The notes under the pieces are model-generated. The model was not told the origin of the DNA. It saw nothing but the letters and a program-made list of their open reading frames with translations, and did not search any database. From positions 1 to 44,811 of the forward strand of contig CALHIW010000001.1 in assembly GCA_938030905.1 (NCBI GenBank): 44,811 nt of DNA, in the 5' to 3' direction. This document shows positions 37,321 to 44,811 of this stretch, in pieces. The stretch's first letter is position 1. Each line of letters begins with the position of its first letter. The stretch is from Candidatus Methanomethylicia archaeon. GTDB taxonomy: Archaea; Thermoproteota; Methanomethylicia; CALHIW01. Both the position numbers and the translations under genes were made by a program.

Positions 37321-38557
37321 TTCTCTTTGCGAGATTCGCGGAAATAAATGTAAAGTGTGTGGTGCAGAATTCGATGGCAACTTTTAATTCTCTTTGCGAG
37401 ATTCTTCAAAAGCTGTAGGCTCACAGCCTCATAGCCGCATACCCTTTTAATTCTCTTTGCGAGATTCCTGAGATGTATATGTCATCTATAACCCATGACT
37501 CGTTTCTCTTTTAATTCTCTTTGCGAGATTCCAGTAGTATATGATCGATGCAGCTCAGCATTTAAGGATCTTTTAATTCTCTTTGCGAGATTCCTTTATC
37601 CACATTCACCCCACCATATTAGGTTGCTTCATCCTTTTAATTCTCTTTGCGAGATTCTGTGATGGATCAATAGAATACGTATACTGAGTGTACACTTTTA
37701 ATTCTCTTTGCGAGATTCAGCGGTGGCTGAAGGAATTCGCTGAGGCGAAGATGATCAGATCTTTTAATTCTCTTTGCGAGATTCTAATGCTCGTGATCTG
37801 CTTGATCTCTTGGTCGTTAAAGTTTCTTTTAATTCTCTTTGCGAGATTCGTGGAGTAATGGTGGCCGGGGCTGGTTTCACATGGATTCCAAGACTTTTAA
37901 TTCTCTTTGCGAGATTCCAGTTTCAAAGACAAGTATAACATATTGTTCGAAATGCTTTTAATTCTCTTTGCGAGATTCAGCGGAAGGCGGAGACAACACA
38001 TATCCACGTCTCAACCCACGCTTTTAATTCTCTTTGCGAGATTCCCTACCTGTGGAGGGGCTGCAGTAGACACCTCGCATACCTTTTAATTCTCTTTGCG
38101 AGATTCATATGGTAGGAGCCATGAGGTAGACGTCCATGGAATGATCACTTTTAATTCTCTTTGCGAGATTCTTTGGGTTCATGGATTGAGGGGATGGGGA
38201 ACTGTTGAAGTCCCCTTTTAATTCTCTTTGCGAGATTCCTATTACAAGGCTTCAATATGCGAGGGCAAGGGATCTAGCCTTTTAATTCTCTTTGCGAGAT
38301 TCATACCAAGCAGCAATACTATACGCTGAGTGAGAGCATGGGCTTTTAATTCTCTTTGCGAGATTCTTAGGGAAAAGCTTAAATACCTGCTTGCGTACAA
38401 GTATAGCCTTTTAATTCTCTTTGCGAGATTCACAAACCATGCAATCATGAAGATCGTGGAGGTGAAGAGTCTTTTAATTCTCTTTGCGAGATTCTCATAT
38501 ATTACTTCGGGGATAGAGTACATGAGCTTGTAACTTTTAATTCTCTTTGCGAGATTC
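37314..38557 (-). CRISPR. CRISPR array with 20 repeats of 24 nt and 19 spacers of about 37-44 nt
   Basis: The plus-strand repeat is CTTTTAATTCTCTTTGCGAGATTC. On the minus strand it reads GAATCTCGCAAAGAGAATTAAAAG, which ends in a near-canonical 8-nt crRNA 5-prime tag. The repeat at the low-coordinate end (37314-37337) has a C-to-T change at plus-strand position 1, so it is the degenerate trailer repeat. The leader and cas4 lie at the high-coordinate end. Confidence 0.97.
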
Positions 38558-38694
38558 CGAGGTGTTTTCTCGCTCTATTAGATTTTTAGAGCATTTTTGT
38601 ATTTTAAGTTTTCGCTCAGTATTTCGGCGGTGTGCGATTTGCATGCTGTTTACATGTTTCCGCCGAAGTTAGTAAAAACCTTTCCGTTGAAAGT
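38558..38694 (-). promoter_or_regulatory. CRISPR leader (137 nt between the cas4 stop and the first repeat)
   Basis: The region is AT-rich, with TATA-like TTAAAATA and T/A tracts on the minus strand 40-60 nt upstream of the first repeat. It contains an 8-bp inverted repeat, TTCGGCGG (38623-38630) and CCGCCGAA (38660-38667), with a 29-nt spacer. Confidence 0.6.
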
Positions 38695-39300
38695 TTAGAC
38701 ACCTAAACATATTTTTGTGAAGCCACAATTTTTACACATTTTAAAGTTTCCTCTCGGAATCTTCTCATTATTAATTATTGACTTTATCCTTGAAACTGTC
38801 CATAATACATGTTTTTTTAAGTCTTCTGTGAGGGGTATTTCAAATGTTTTGTTATCTCGGATGTATTTTATTGCGATTTTTCTTGCGATTTTACCCAGTG
38901 CTTCCTCAGCAAGCATAGCGTAAGCGGCTGCCTGATAAATGTGGCTTAGATAGGGCTTCTTAGGGGCCTTCATGAACTTACTTTCTACAATAATTAATCC
39001 ATTATTTGTTTCAGATACTTCATCAATAATGCCATATAATCCAATCTTCGTGGAGGCTACAGCTAGCCTGCTCCATAAAGCTTTGACATCCTCCCTCCTT
39101 CTGCCAGCAACGGTTTTTCTACGCTTGGCTCTTCCTTCCTCCGTCAGATGGAATTCTTTCCCTTCTATCATGCTTTCAGTTAACTTTTCGTTGCAGCCTA
39201 AAACACCTAAATAGTAAATTATTCTTGGGCAGAAATGATATTGCTTAATCCAAGTCACTGGTATTAGGTTTGACAATTTATCCTCAAACAACCTTATCAC
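38695..39300 (-). CDS. cas4: CRISPR-associated exonuclease Cas4
   Basis: 201-aa ORF with the N-terminal Cys in QYHFCPRIIYY, the RecB-type nuclease motifs GIIDEV and VESK, and a C-terminal Cys triad CKNCGFTKIC. Confidence 0.9.
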   Translation of the reverse strand: MIRLFEDKLSNLIPVTWIKQYHFCPRIIYYLGVLGCNEKLTESMIEGKEFHLTEEGRAKRRKTVAGRRREDVKALWSRLAVASTKIGLYGIIDEVSETNNGLIIVESKFMKAPKKPYLSHIYQAAAYAMLAEEALGKIARKIAIKYIRDNKTFEIPLTEDLKKHVLWTVSRIKSIINNEKIPRGNFKMCKNCGFTKICLGV

Positions 39301-39306
39301 CTGCGC

Positions 39307-39585
39307 CTATACAAGCAATTCTTCTTCAGCGTAGTCCTCGAAGGGCTTCCCTATAACTTCCCTCAGGGCTAAATCAGCCTTACATATCACAAATATTTGA
39401 ACGTTCCCGTCAGAATCACCTAGTATCCTCCTCAAGGCTGCCCCAAGTTCCTTCCTACGCATACTCGTTAAGTATCCTAAAAATGTACTCCTCTGAATCC
39501 TAGAGAGACCGAACTTTTTGCATGTCTCGCTGACTTTAAGCCTTATCTCATCATCGCTTATATCATACACAACAAGGGTTTGCAT
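39307..39585 (-). CDS. cas2: CRISPR-associated endoribonuclease Cas2
   Basis: 92-aa ORF with the N-terminal MQTLVVYDISDD ferredoxin-fold signature, located between cas1 and cas4. Confidence 0.85.
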   Translation of the reverse strand: MQTLVVYDISDDEIRLKVSETCKKFGLSRIQRSTFLGYLTSMRRKELGAALRRILGDSDGNVQIFVICKADLALREVIGKPFEDYAEEELLV

Positions 39586-39592
39586 GCCTCCT

Positions 39593-40708
39593 TCACCTTA
39601 GCGTAAATGGAATATAGCTGTGCGCTCTTTCAAGGATGAACTCGCTAAGCCTCCTGGGCTGCAGAAAGATGTGGCTTGATAGTGGCAGTGCGCGTTCAGA
39701 AAATGTTAAGGTTTCAGATAACCTTTTAGAGAAGGCCTTTACAACATGGAAACGATATTCCCTACTCAGCCTTCCACCCTCAAGGATGCATTTCAGATCC
39801 TTAATGCCTGAAATCAATCTTAAAACAACCCTATCCACAACAGGCTGCCTAAACTCCTCAAGAATATCCATCACAAGCGCAGGTCTTCTGGGTGAGTCGG
39901 CATGTAAGAAGCCCGAGTATGGATCAAGGCCGCTGGCATCAACTGCCAACCAGATCTCAGATGCTAAAAGTCCATAGCAGAAATTAAGCATAATATTAAC
40001 CGGGTCATTTGGGAATTCAAACCTCTTCCTCCTGCTTGGAAAATCCACGTTTTCCGGTAATAGAAGCTTAAAACCCTGCCAATATATCTCTGCAGCCTCA
40101 GCCTCAAGCCTCATAACCTCCCCCCTAACAGATTCACAGCTATCCCCCTCAATACTGCTTATCATGGCAGCTATATTTGAGATCGATTTAGACATGTCAA
40201 GTAGCTTTCTAGATAAGGTTGGGTCGCTTCTATTTTTGCCGGCTTCACGTAGAATAGATTTTTGGTTAACAACTTTAGCCCATGCAAATCTTTTAGAAAG
40301 GTAGGCGCCGACTGGGGTTTCCTGAACCTTGTACTGCATCTTCCGCAACTTTATTGATCCACTATTTCTCGAACTAGAAAGCTTAGCGATAGGATAGCCT
40401 AGGCCTGAATATACGATTAAATCCACCCTATACTTAGCTAACAGCCTTAGAAGTGCAGATGAGACTACGGCGCCACGAGTCAATATTGCTATTTGGCTTA
40501 CATTTGACGGCGAAACCTCCAGTATCTTCTCGCCCCTTCTCTTAACAATAATCATCCCCCTCCTTGTACCTACAAATAAGCCAGGTTCACTTATGACTAG
40601 ACGCTTCAAGCAACCCCCGCTCACAAATAGTATAATATGGGCAGTAGTTTGGGCATATTTGTGGTTTACCGGGATCCATTCCAATTGATATAACCTCATA
40701 TGCGTCAT
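39593..40708 (-). CDS. cas1: CRISPR-associated endonuclease Cas1
   Basis: The ORF contains LVISEPGLFVGTRRGMIIVKRRGE near the N-terminus and the C-terminal catalytic region GFLHADSPRRPALVMDILEEFR. The first 33 codons of the 371-aa ORF look like an over-extension, and a TTG at 40609 would give a typical Cas1 of about 338 aa. Confidence 0.9.
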   Translation of the reverse strand: MTHMRLYQLEWIPVNHKYAQTTAHIILFVSGGCLKRLVISEPGLFVGTRRGMIIVKRRGEKILEVSPSNVSQIAILTRGAVVSSALLRLLAKYRVDLIVYSGLGYPIAKLSSSRNSGSIKLRKMQYKVQETPVGAYLSKRFAWAKVVNQKSILREAGKNRSDPTLSRKLLDMSKSISNIAAMISSIEGDSCESVRGEVMRLEAEAAEIYWQGFKLLLPENVDFPSRRKRFEFPNDPVNIMLNFCYGLLASEIWLAVDASGLDPYSGFLHADSPRRPALVMDILEEFRQPVVDRVVLRLISGIKDLKCILEGGRLSREYRFHVVKAFSKRLSETLTFSERALPLSSHIFLQPRRLSEFILERAHSYIPFTLR

Positions 40709-40988
40709 CCCTTAACTCCAAAAATTCACGCCTCAACTCATCGCCTATAACAAAGTATTTTAACCTAAAGCTCGGCGCAAGCCTAGATGATTACTTCAAT
40801 CATATCGAAGAACTTTATAAAGGGGATAAGAAGACATGAGTTTCAGATGTTACATCCTCTATAAAATTCATAATGCTACAAGTAAATTTAGGAAGTGAAA
40901 ACTCGAAGAAGAATGTTAATATATAATGCTATTTAAAGGCTCCCATTTAAAGATGGTAAAGTTTAAATCAATGTAAAATATTTTACTA

Positions 40989-41351
40989 ATGGAAGGGATT
41001 ATGGGAAAAGAGGAAAGATCTTTATACGGTTGGGCTTTTGTTGCTGGTAAAAGCGTTATTCAGTGTTTTGAGACTCTATACGGCGTGAAGAGGGCGGAGA
41101 AAAGGATGGAGAATATTCTCCTCACTCTAAGGTCAGAATTATTGCCAGAAAGATTCAAGCGAGCACTTATCAATTCTCTTATCGAGATTGGGTCAGAGGT
41201 AGGAATACCTGAGGAGGTAAAGGTGGAAAAGAGATGGAATGTGGACGAATTTTACCGCTATAGTACTGCCATTTTAGCAGGCTTTTTTGATGCATTAAAC
41301 TGGTGGAGGGGGGAAAAGAGAAAGGAGAAAGAGCAAGAAAAGGAGGAATAA
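40989..41351 (+). CDS. Putative type I-A small subunit (Csa5/Cas11-like), assigned by position only
   Basis: 120-aa helical-looking ORF immediately upstream of cas7, with a Lys/Glu-rich tail. No motif was recognised. Confidence 0.4.
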   Translation: MEGIMGKEERSLYGWAFVAGKSVIQCFETLYGVKRAEKRMENILLTLRSELLPERFKRALINSLIEIGSEVGIPEEVKVEKRWNVDEFYRYSTAILAGFFDALNWWRGEKRKEKEQEKEE

Positions 41352-41353
41352 AT

Positions 41354-42310
41354 ATGCCAAATAGGGCCTTAATATCTTTAGTTTTAAAGGTTAGCGGGAA
41401 CGTAAATGCGGATATTGGTGTTGGAACAAGAATACCGCTTAAGAAAATAATTACATGGAACCATGAAGTCAAACCATTCGTGTCAGCTCGTTGTATCAGG
41501 AGATGTATAAGAGAGAAACTTTATGAAAAAGGCTTCCCCATAGATCCACTTCAAATGATAGGGCCTCCTGGAAGAGAGCAGCTAGGAGATATCGGAGACC
41601 CCGTAAAATATGTTGATGATGACATATTCGGTTTCTTGAAACCGCAAGAGCCACCAATACATAGAAGCAGCCCGATAAAAGTTTCACATCTAATATCACT
41701 AAGGCATGCTGAGGTTAAGGTTGAATTCGCAGCAAGGTTTCCGAGAGATTTCTTGGAGAAATATGAGCAGCATTATCCAGCACCATTTGAAATTGAGCTA
41801 GCAGACTGGTTAGGTAAACTCAATGTGATGGTCTCCGACAGGATCGGTCGTTTTAGCAATGATGAATTAACTGATGAACTTAAAAAGCAACTTGGTGAGC
41901 AAAAAACACTTGACGAAAATGAGAGGATTAAGAGGCTGAGCGGCTTCCTAGAAGTCCTACTATGGGAGGGGTGGACCTTTCCACGTGGAGCTCAAAACCC
42001 AAGTGTTCCAGAATATTACTACGCAATTATTGCTTTAACAAAGCGATTTGCACCAATATTCGGGTATGTAGATGTTACTGAAGATGGCAAATTAAATGAG
42101 AGTTTAATGGAAAACATGAGGAGAATGTACGGCTGGCTGCTTGACAAACTTTACATCCTAAATTACAAAGATGGTTGCTACTTGCAATATGCCTTTAAAC
42201 CACATGAAAGTGAAGGAACATTCATCGAGGAAAAAATTGAGGAAAACCTGGATTCAAAGAGCATAAAGGGCATTATCAAGGAAATAAGCAACTACATAGT
42301 TTTAGGGTAG
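41354..42310 (+). CDS. cas7: CRISPR-associated Cas7 (Csa2-type backbone subunit)
   Basis: 318 aa counted from the ATG at 41354, which is preceded by AGGAGG. The N-terminal strand SLVLKVSGNVNADIGVG and the VSARCIRRCIREKL helix are typical of Cas7/RAMP backbone proteins, and cas5 follows. Confidence 0.75.
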   Translation: MPNRALISLVLKVSGNVNADIGVGTRIPLKKIITWNHEVKPFVSARCIRRCIREKLYEKGFPIDPLQMIGPPGREQLGDIGDPVKYVDDDIFGFLKPQEPPIHRSSPIKVSHLISLRHAEVKVEFAARFPRDFLEKYEQHYPAPFEIELADWLGKLNVMVSDRIGRFSNDELTDELKKQLGEQKTLDENERIKRLSGFLEVLLWEGWTFPRGAQNPSVPEYYYAIIALTKRFAPIFGYVDVTEDGKLNESLMENMRRMYGWLLDKLYILNYKDGCYLQYAFKPHESEGTFIEEKIEENLDSKSIKGIIKEISNYIVLG

Positions 42311-42317
42311 GATGTAA

Positions 42318-43103
42318 TTGAAAGCCTTAACATTTATAGTGCGCTTTCTCACAGCCCAATATAAAGATCATATGCAAAAGATGACTAGAAGAACGTATTT
42401 GATTCCACCTCCCTCAGCCATAGCTGGCATGTTTGGGGCATTACTAGGTCTAAAAAGAGAGGAATTACACGAGATTAGCGGGGAGATGCTAGCAGGAGCA
42501 GAGCTGAAATTTCTGGGAGGACGAGCAATAACATCGGCAAGAATCATTAAGATTGATCATCCATTGTCCGGCCTGATAAGCTTACTTAGGAGATATTACA
42601 ATGGAGAGAGAAGTAAAGATTTAATCAAGGATATACAGGGGCTTTTCACGCTGAAGGAGAGTGAGGAACTATACATGCCAGAATATAAGTTCGCGATAGC
42701 ATCATCTAGTGAAACATTAATAGAGGAGGGTCTGAGAAGATTGAAGGAATACGACTTTGAATATGACGTATTTGGTGGGAATGACTATCACATTGTAGAG
42801 TTCATAGGCGAGCCAAAACGCGCTGAACTGGAAAAAAGCTCAGAAGGTTATGGCTACTGTCGCCGTGAAGATTTTGGCAGAATAGAAGCTGAATCATTTA
42901 ATGTGGTATGGAGTGCAAAGACGCTTAGGGGAGAATCAACCCCAATAGTTATGCCCGTAAAATTTTTAGCTAATGTTAAGGAGGAATTCATCCAAGTTTA
43001 TGGAGCGAAAATACTGCTAAAAAAGGAGCAAGATGTTGTTAATGATGGGGAGAGTAAAATATTTGTCCATAAAATAAAACCGTTCTTAGATTTATACATT
43101 TAA
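42318..43103 (+). CDS. cas5: CRISPR-associated Cas5
   Basis: 261-aa ORF whose N-terminus FIVRFLTAQYKDH...TYLIPPPSAIAGMFGALLGL matches the Cas5 signature (PPPS..G..GA.LG). Confidence 0.8.
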   Translation: MKALTFIVRFLTAQYKDHMQKMTRRTYLIPPPSAIAGMFGALLGLKREELHEISGEMLAGAELKFLGGRAITSARIIKIDHPLSGLISLLRRYYNGERSKDLIKDIQGLFTLKESEELYMPEYKFAIASSSETLIEEGLRRLKEYDFEYDVFGGNDYHIVEFIGEPKRAELEKSSEGYGYCRREDFGRIEAESFNVVWSAKTLRGESTPIVMPVKFLANVKEEFIQVYGAKILLKKEQDVVNDGESKIFVHKIKPFLDLYI

Positions 43104-43114
43104 GGTGGTTTCTA

Positions 43115-44248
43115 TTGTCCAGAAACTTGTTTGAAAGCAACTTAAAAGCAATTACAGGCGATATTGATCTAAATGAAATTAAAGATGCTCTTGAAGATAT
43201 CATTACAGCTAAAGAAAAGCCTAAGAACATAGTTGAGTGGCTTCTAGAAGAAATAGATTTTCGAGGGAAATTTCGTCAACATCCCTTGGTAGGAAAAGCT
43301 GTTGATCTCGGAAATATTTCAAAAAAATATAGAAAATCTATCGTTTACAAAAAAATTCAAGAGAAGCTTGCTGGGGTAATGGATAGGCAACAAGTAGAAA
43401 TAGAGGATGTTATTGGAATAAGATGTCTTTTAAGAGAATTAAGGGATGTAGTTTTAGAGTTTATTGTGAGGCAGGTGGGCGATGTCACGCAAGGATTAAG
43501 ACATATTCATGCACCAGGGTCAGCCTCTAGGAAAGAGGCAAGAAACTTATATTTTGGAGAGAAGTTTATGGAGATCACTCTCTATGAATTAGCATCAAAG
43601 CTATGCAGCTCTATTGCCCTGGGAGACAGCATTGGAATTTATAGTGAAGACGATGACTTTATGTTAAAAATGAGGCAGCTCATTGAGAGTAGCTTCGGTC
43701 CACCCTTCAAAATTGAGAGAGACAAATTAAGAGAAATAGGGGTACAAATGTCTAATTTGAATTACCCCTTTGTGGTCTTCCTAAAATTTGTTCTGTGGCT
43801 TAAAAATCAGATTGATGTAGAGGAAAGTCAGGAGAAAAAAGGGTTATATCTTTCACTTCTAAGTAAGCTGCAATACGCAACAATAAGTATATTCTTTATG
43901 CCACCTAATAGAGAAAAGTGGTGCACAATAGCTCTCCCCCGCCTTGACTTCTTTATTAATAATTGGATTCAGAATGAGAAATCTAGAAGGAATCTTGAAG
44001 CATTAATCACCAATATTGACAATTTTATTAATGCATCCCTTAGGAAATCAAGAAAAGAGGGGGAAATGAAGAAAGCAAGAAATATAGTTGATCTATTAAT
44101 GAGTAGCTATGAGATCTTTTGCCGCAGGCTTATTGAATACGGTGTTCCTGAATTGTATGCTTTGAGAAATATAATGGACATCATGATTGATTTAGGCACG
44201 AGATACAACATTAAATTGTATTTGAAGCCCTTTACATTGGCGACTTAA
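43115..44248 (+). CDS. Unassigned 377-aa protein in the large-subunit position (possible divergent Cas8a)
   Basis: TTG start with AAGGTGG 6 nt upstream. The ORF sits between cas5 and the cas3 HD gene and has no recognisable motif. Confidence 0.4.
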   Translation: MSRNLFESNLKAITGDIDLNEIKDALEDIITAKEKPKNIVEWLLEEIDFRGKFRQHPLVGKAVDLGNISKKYRKSIVYKKIQEKLAGVMDRQQVEIEDVIGIRCLLRELRDVVLEFIVRQVGDVTQGLRHIHAPGSASRKEARNLYFGEKFMEITLYELASKLCSSIALGDSIGIYSEDDDFMLKMRQLIESSFGPPFKIERDKLREIGVQMSNLNYPFVVFLKFVLWLKNQIDVEESQEKKGLYLSLLSKLQYATISIFFMPPNREKWCTIALPRLDFFINNWIQNEKSRRNLEALITNIDNFINASLRKSRKEGEMKKARNIVDLLMSSYEIFCRRLIEYGVPELYALRNIMDIMIDLGTRYNIKLYLKPFTLAT

Positions 44249-44250
44249 TA

Positions 44251-44811
44251 TTGAGTGCCCTAGATAAGCTACGTGAGAGAGGTTTGGATCTATTAAAGAA
44301 GACGCATTCGAACAAAGCATACCAGGATCATGTTAAAGAGTGTCGGGAAATAGTTAAGGAACTAATGCGAATCTACAATTATCCGCAAAACCTGATTGAA
44401 CTCGCCCTGTTATTCTGTGACTTACATGATGTTGGTAAATTATTGTCTACATGGCACATAACCCGGAAGAATAGGCCATTACATGCTATTGAAGGTGCTG
44501 AGTGGTTTATGAGAGAAGACATAGGATTAAATATAGATTCAAGATACTTGGAAATCCTAGCATACATGATAGCATCCCACCATTCGCTCCTTTATGTTCC
44601 AGCTAAATTCATAGATATTATTCGTAGTGCTGAGAAAATTCCCGTCAAAAAGGCTTTCACTAAATACTCCAAGTGTAGAGAGCTGTCTAATAGAATTAAT
44701 GGATTACTCAAGTACCTGGAGGGCGAAGTGAAATCCAACATAGTTGATGCAATTGGTATTGCTAAAATGGCCGATATAATCTCGGCCAAGGGAATTTCCA
44801 AAGACCATGTT
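44251..44811 (+). CDS. cas3: Cas3 HD nuclease domain protein (split Cas3, HD part), truncated by the window end
   Basis: This ORF is not in the ORF track. I translated an open frame of 187 codons from the TTG at 44251 to the window edge. It has the HD motif LLFCDLHDVGKL, then HAIEGAEW and MIASHHS, typical of the Cas3 HD domain. Confidence 0.8.
   Translation, partial: MSALDKLRERGLDLLKKTHSNKAYQDHVKECREIVKELMRIYNYPQNLIELALLFCDLHDVGKLLSTWHITRKNRPLHAIEGAEWFMREDIGLNIDSRYLEILAYMIASHHSLLYVPAKFIDIIRSAEKIPVKKAFTKYSKCRELSNRINGLLKYLEGEVKSNIVDAIGIAKMADIISAKGISKDHV

Noticed and set aside
37979-38020. Spacer 11 contains CCACGTCTC, identical to the right terminus of the foldback element (10171-10179), which suggested the array targets the repeat family
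   Set aside because: The match is only 9 nt. Hundreds of 9-mer matches between about 0.8 kb of spacers and a 45-kb window are expected by chance, and the flanking bases do not match.
37907-38533. Track ORFs 37907-38089 (+), 38242-38523 (-) and 38330-38533 (+) with recurring LILFARF / LAKRIKRL peptides
   Set aside because: They are translations of the CRISPR repeats, and the recurring peptide is the repeat read in frame.
41303-41353. The upstream extension of the cas7 ORF (MEGGKEKGERARKGGIN) overlapping the preceding gene
   Set aside because: The ATG at 41354 has an AGGAGG Shine-Dalgarno-like motif at suitable spacing. The extension is merely the Lys/Glu-rich tail region of the upstream gene read in another frame.

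Overview
This is an AT-rich archaeal chromosomal segment, roughly one-third G+C by eye. It holds a complete acetyl-CoA decarbonylase/synthase (CODH/ACS) operon, cdhABCDE, at 11.1-18.4 kb. A corrinoid methyl-transfer pair (URO-D-family methyltransferase plus B12-binding protein) sits at 25.1-27.1 kb. Other genes are a class V aminotransferase, an M20 peptidase, a SAM methyltransferase, a DUF4349 protein, two MFS transporters, a TauE/SafE exporter, a radical SAM protein, an SdhA/NadB-family flavoprotein, livMGF and two tandem stand-alone RAM-domain proteins. The right-hand block is visibly more G+C-rich and carries a type I-A CRISPR-Cas locus. That locus has a 20-repeat array (37314-38557, transcribed on the minus strand), a leader and cas1-cas2-cas4 on the minus strand. 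A divergent module (csa5-like, cas7, cas5, an unassignable 377-aa protein, then a split cas3 HD gene) runs off the window edge. The HD gene is absent from the ORF track. Four things are not explained by the ORF track. First, genes, one pseudogene and the array account for only about 70% of the window by hand tally. Second, the long gaps contain a family of foldback, MITE-like repeats with GT-rich left arms and CA-rich right arms. The best copy (9537-10178) is flanked by a 9-nt direct duplication. The gaps also hold a multiply disrupted pseudogene and several perfect palindromes and hairpins. Third, the cdhC/cdhD junction carries a tandem duplication of about 140 bp that creates a chimeric 44-codon ORF. 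Fourth, a tract of about 4 kb inside the cdh operon has sharply different synonymous codon usage. No tRNA or rRNA genes were recognised. All homology calls rest on motif recognition by eye, not database searches.
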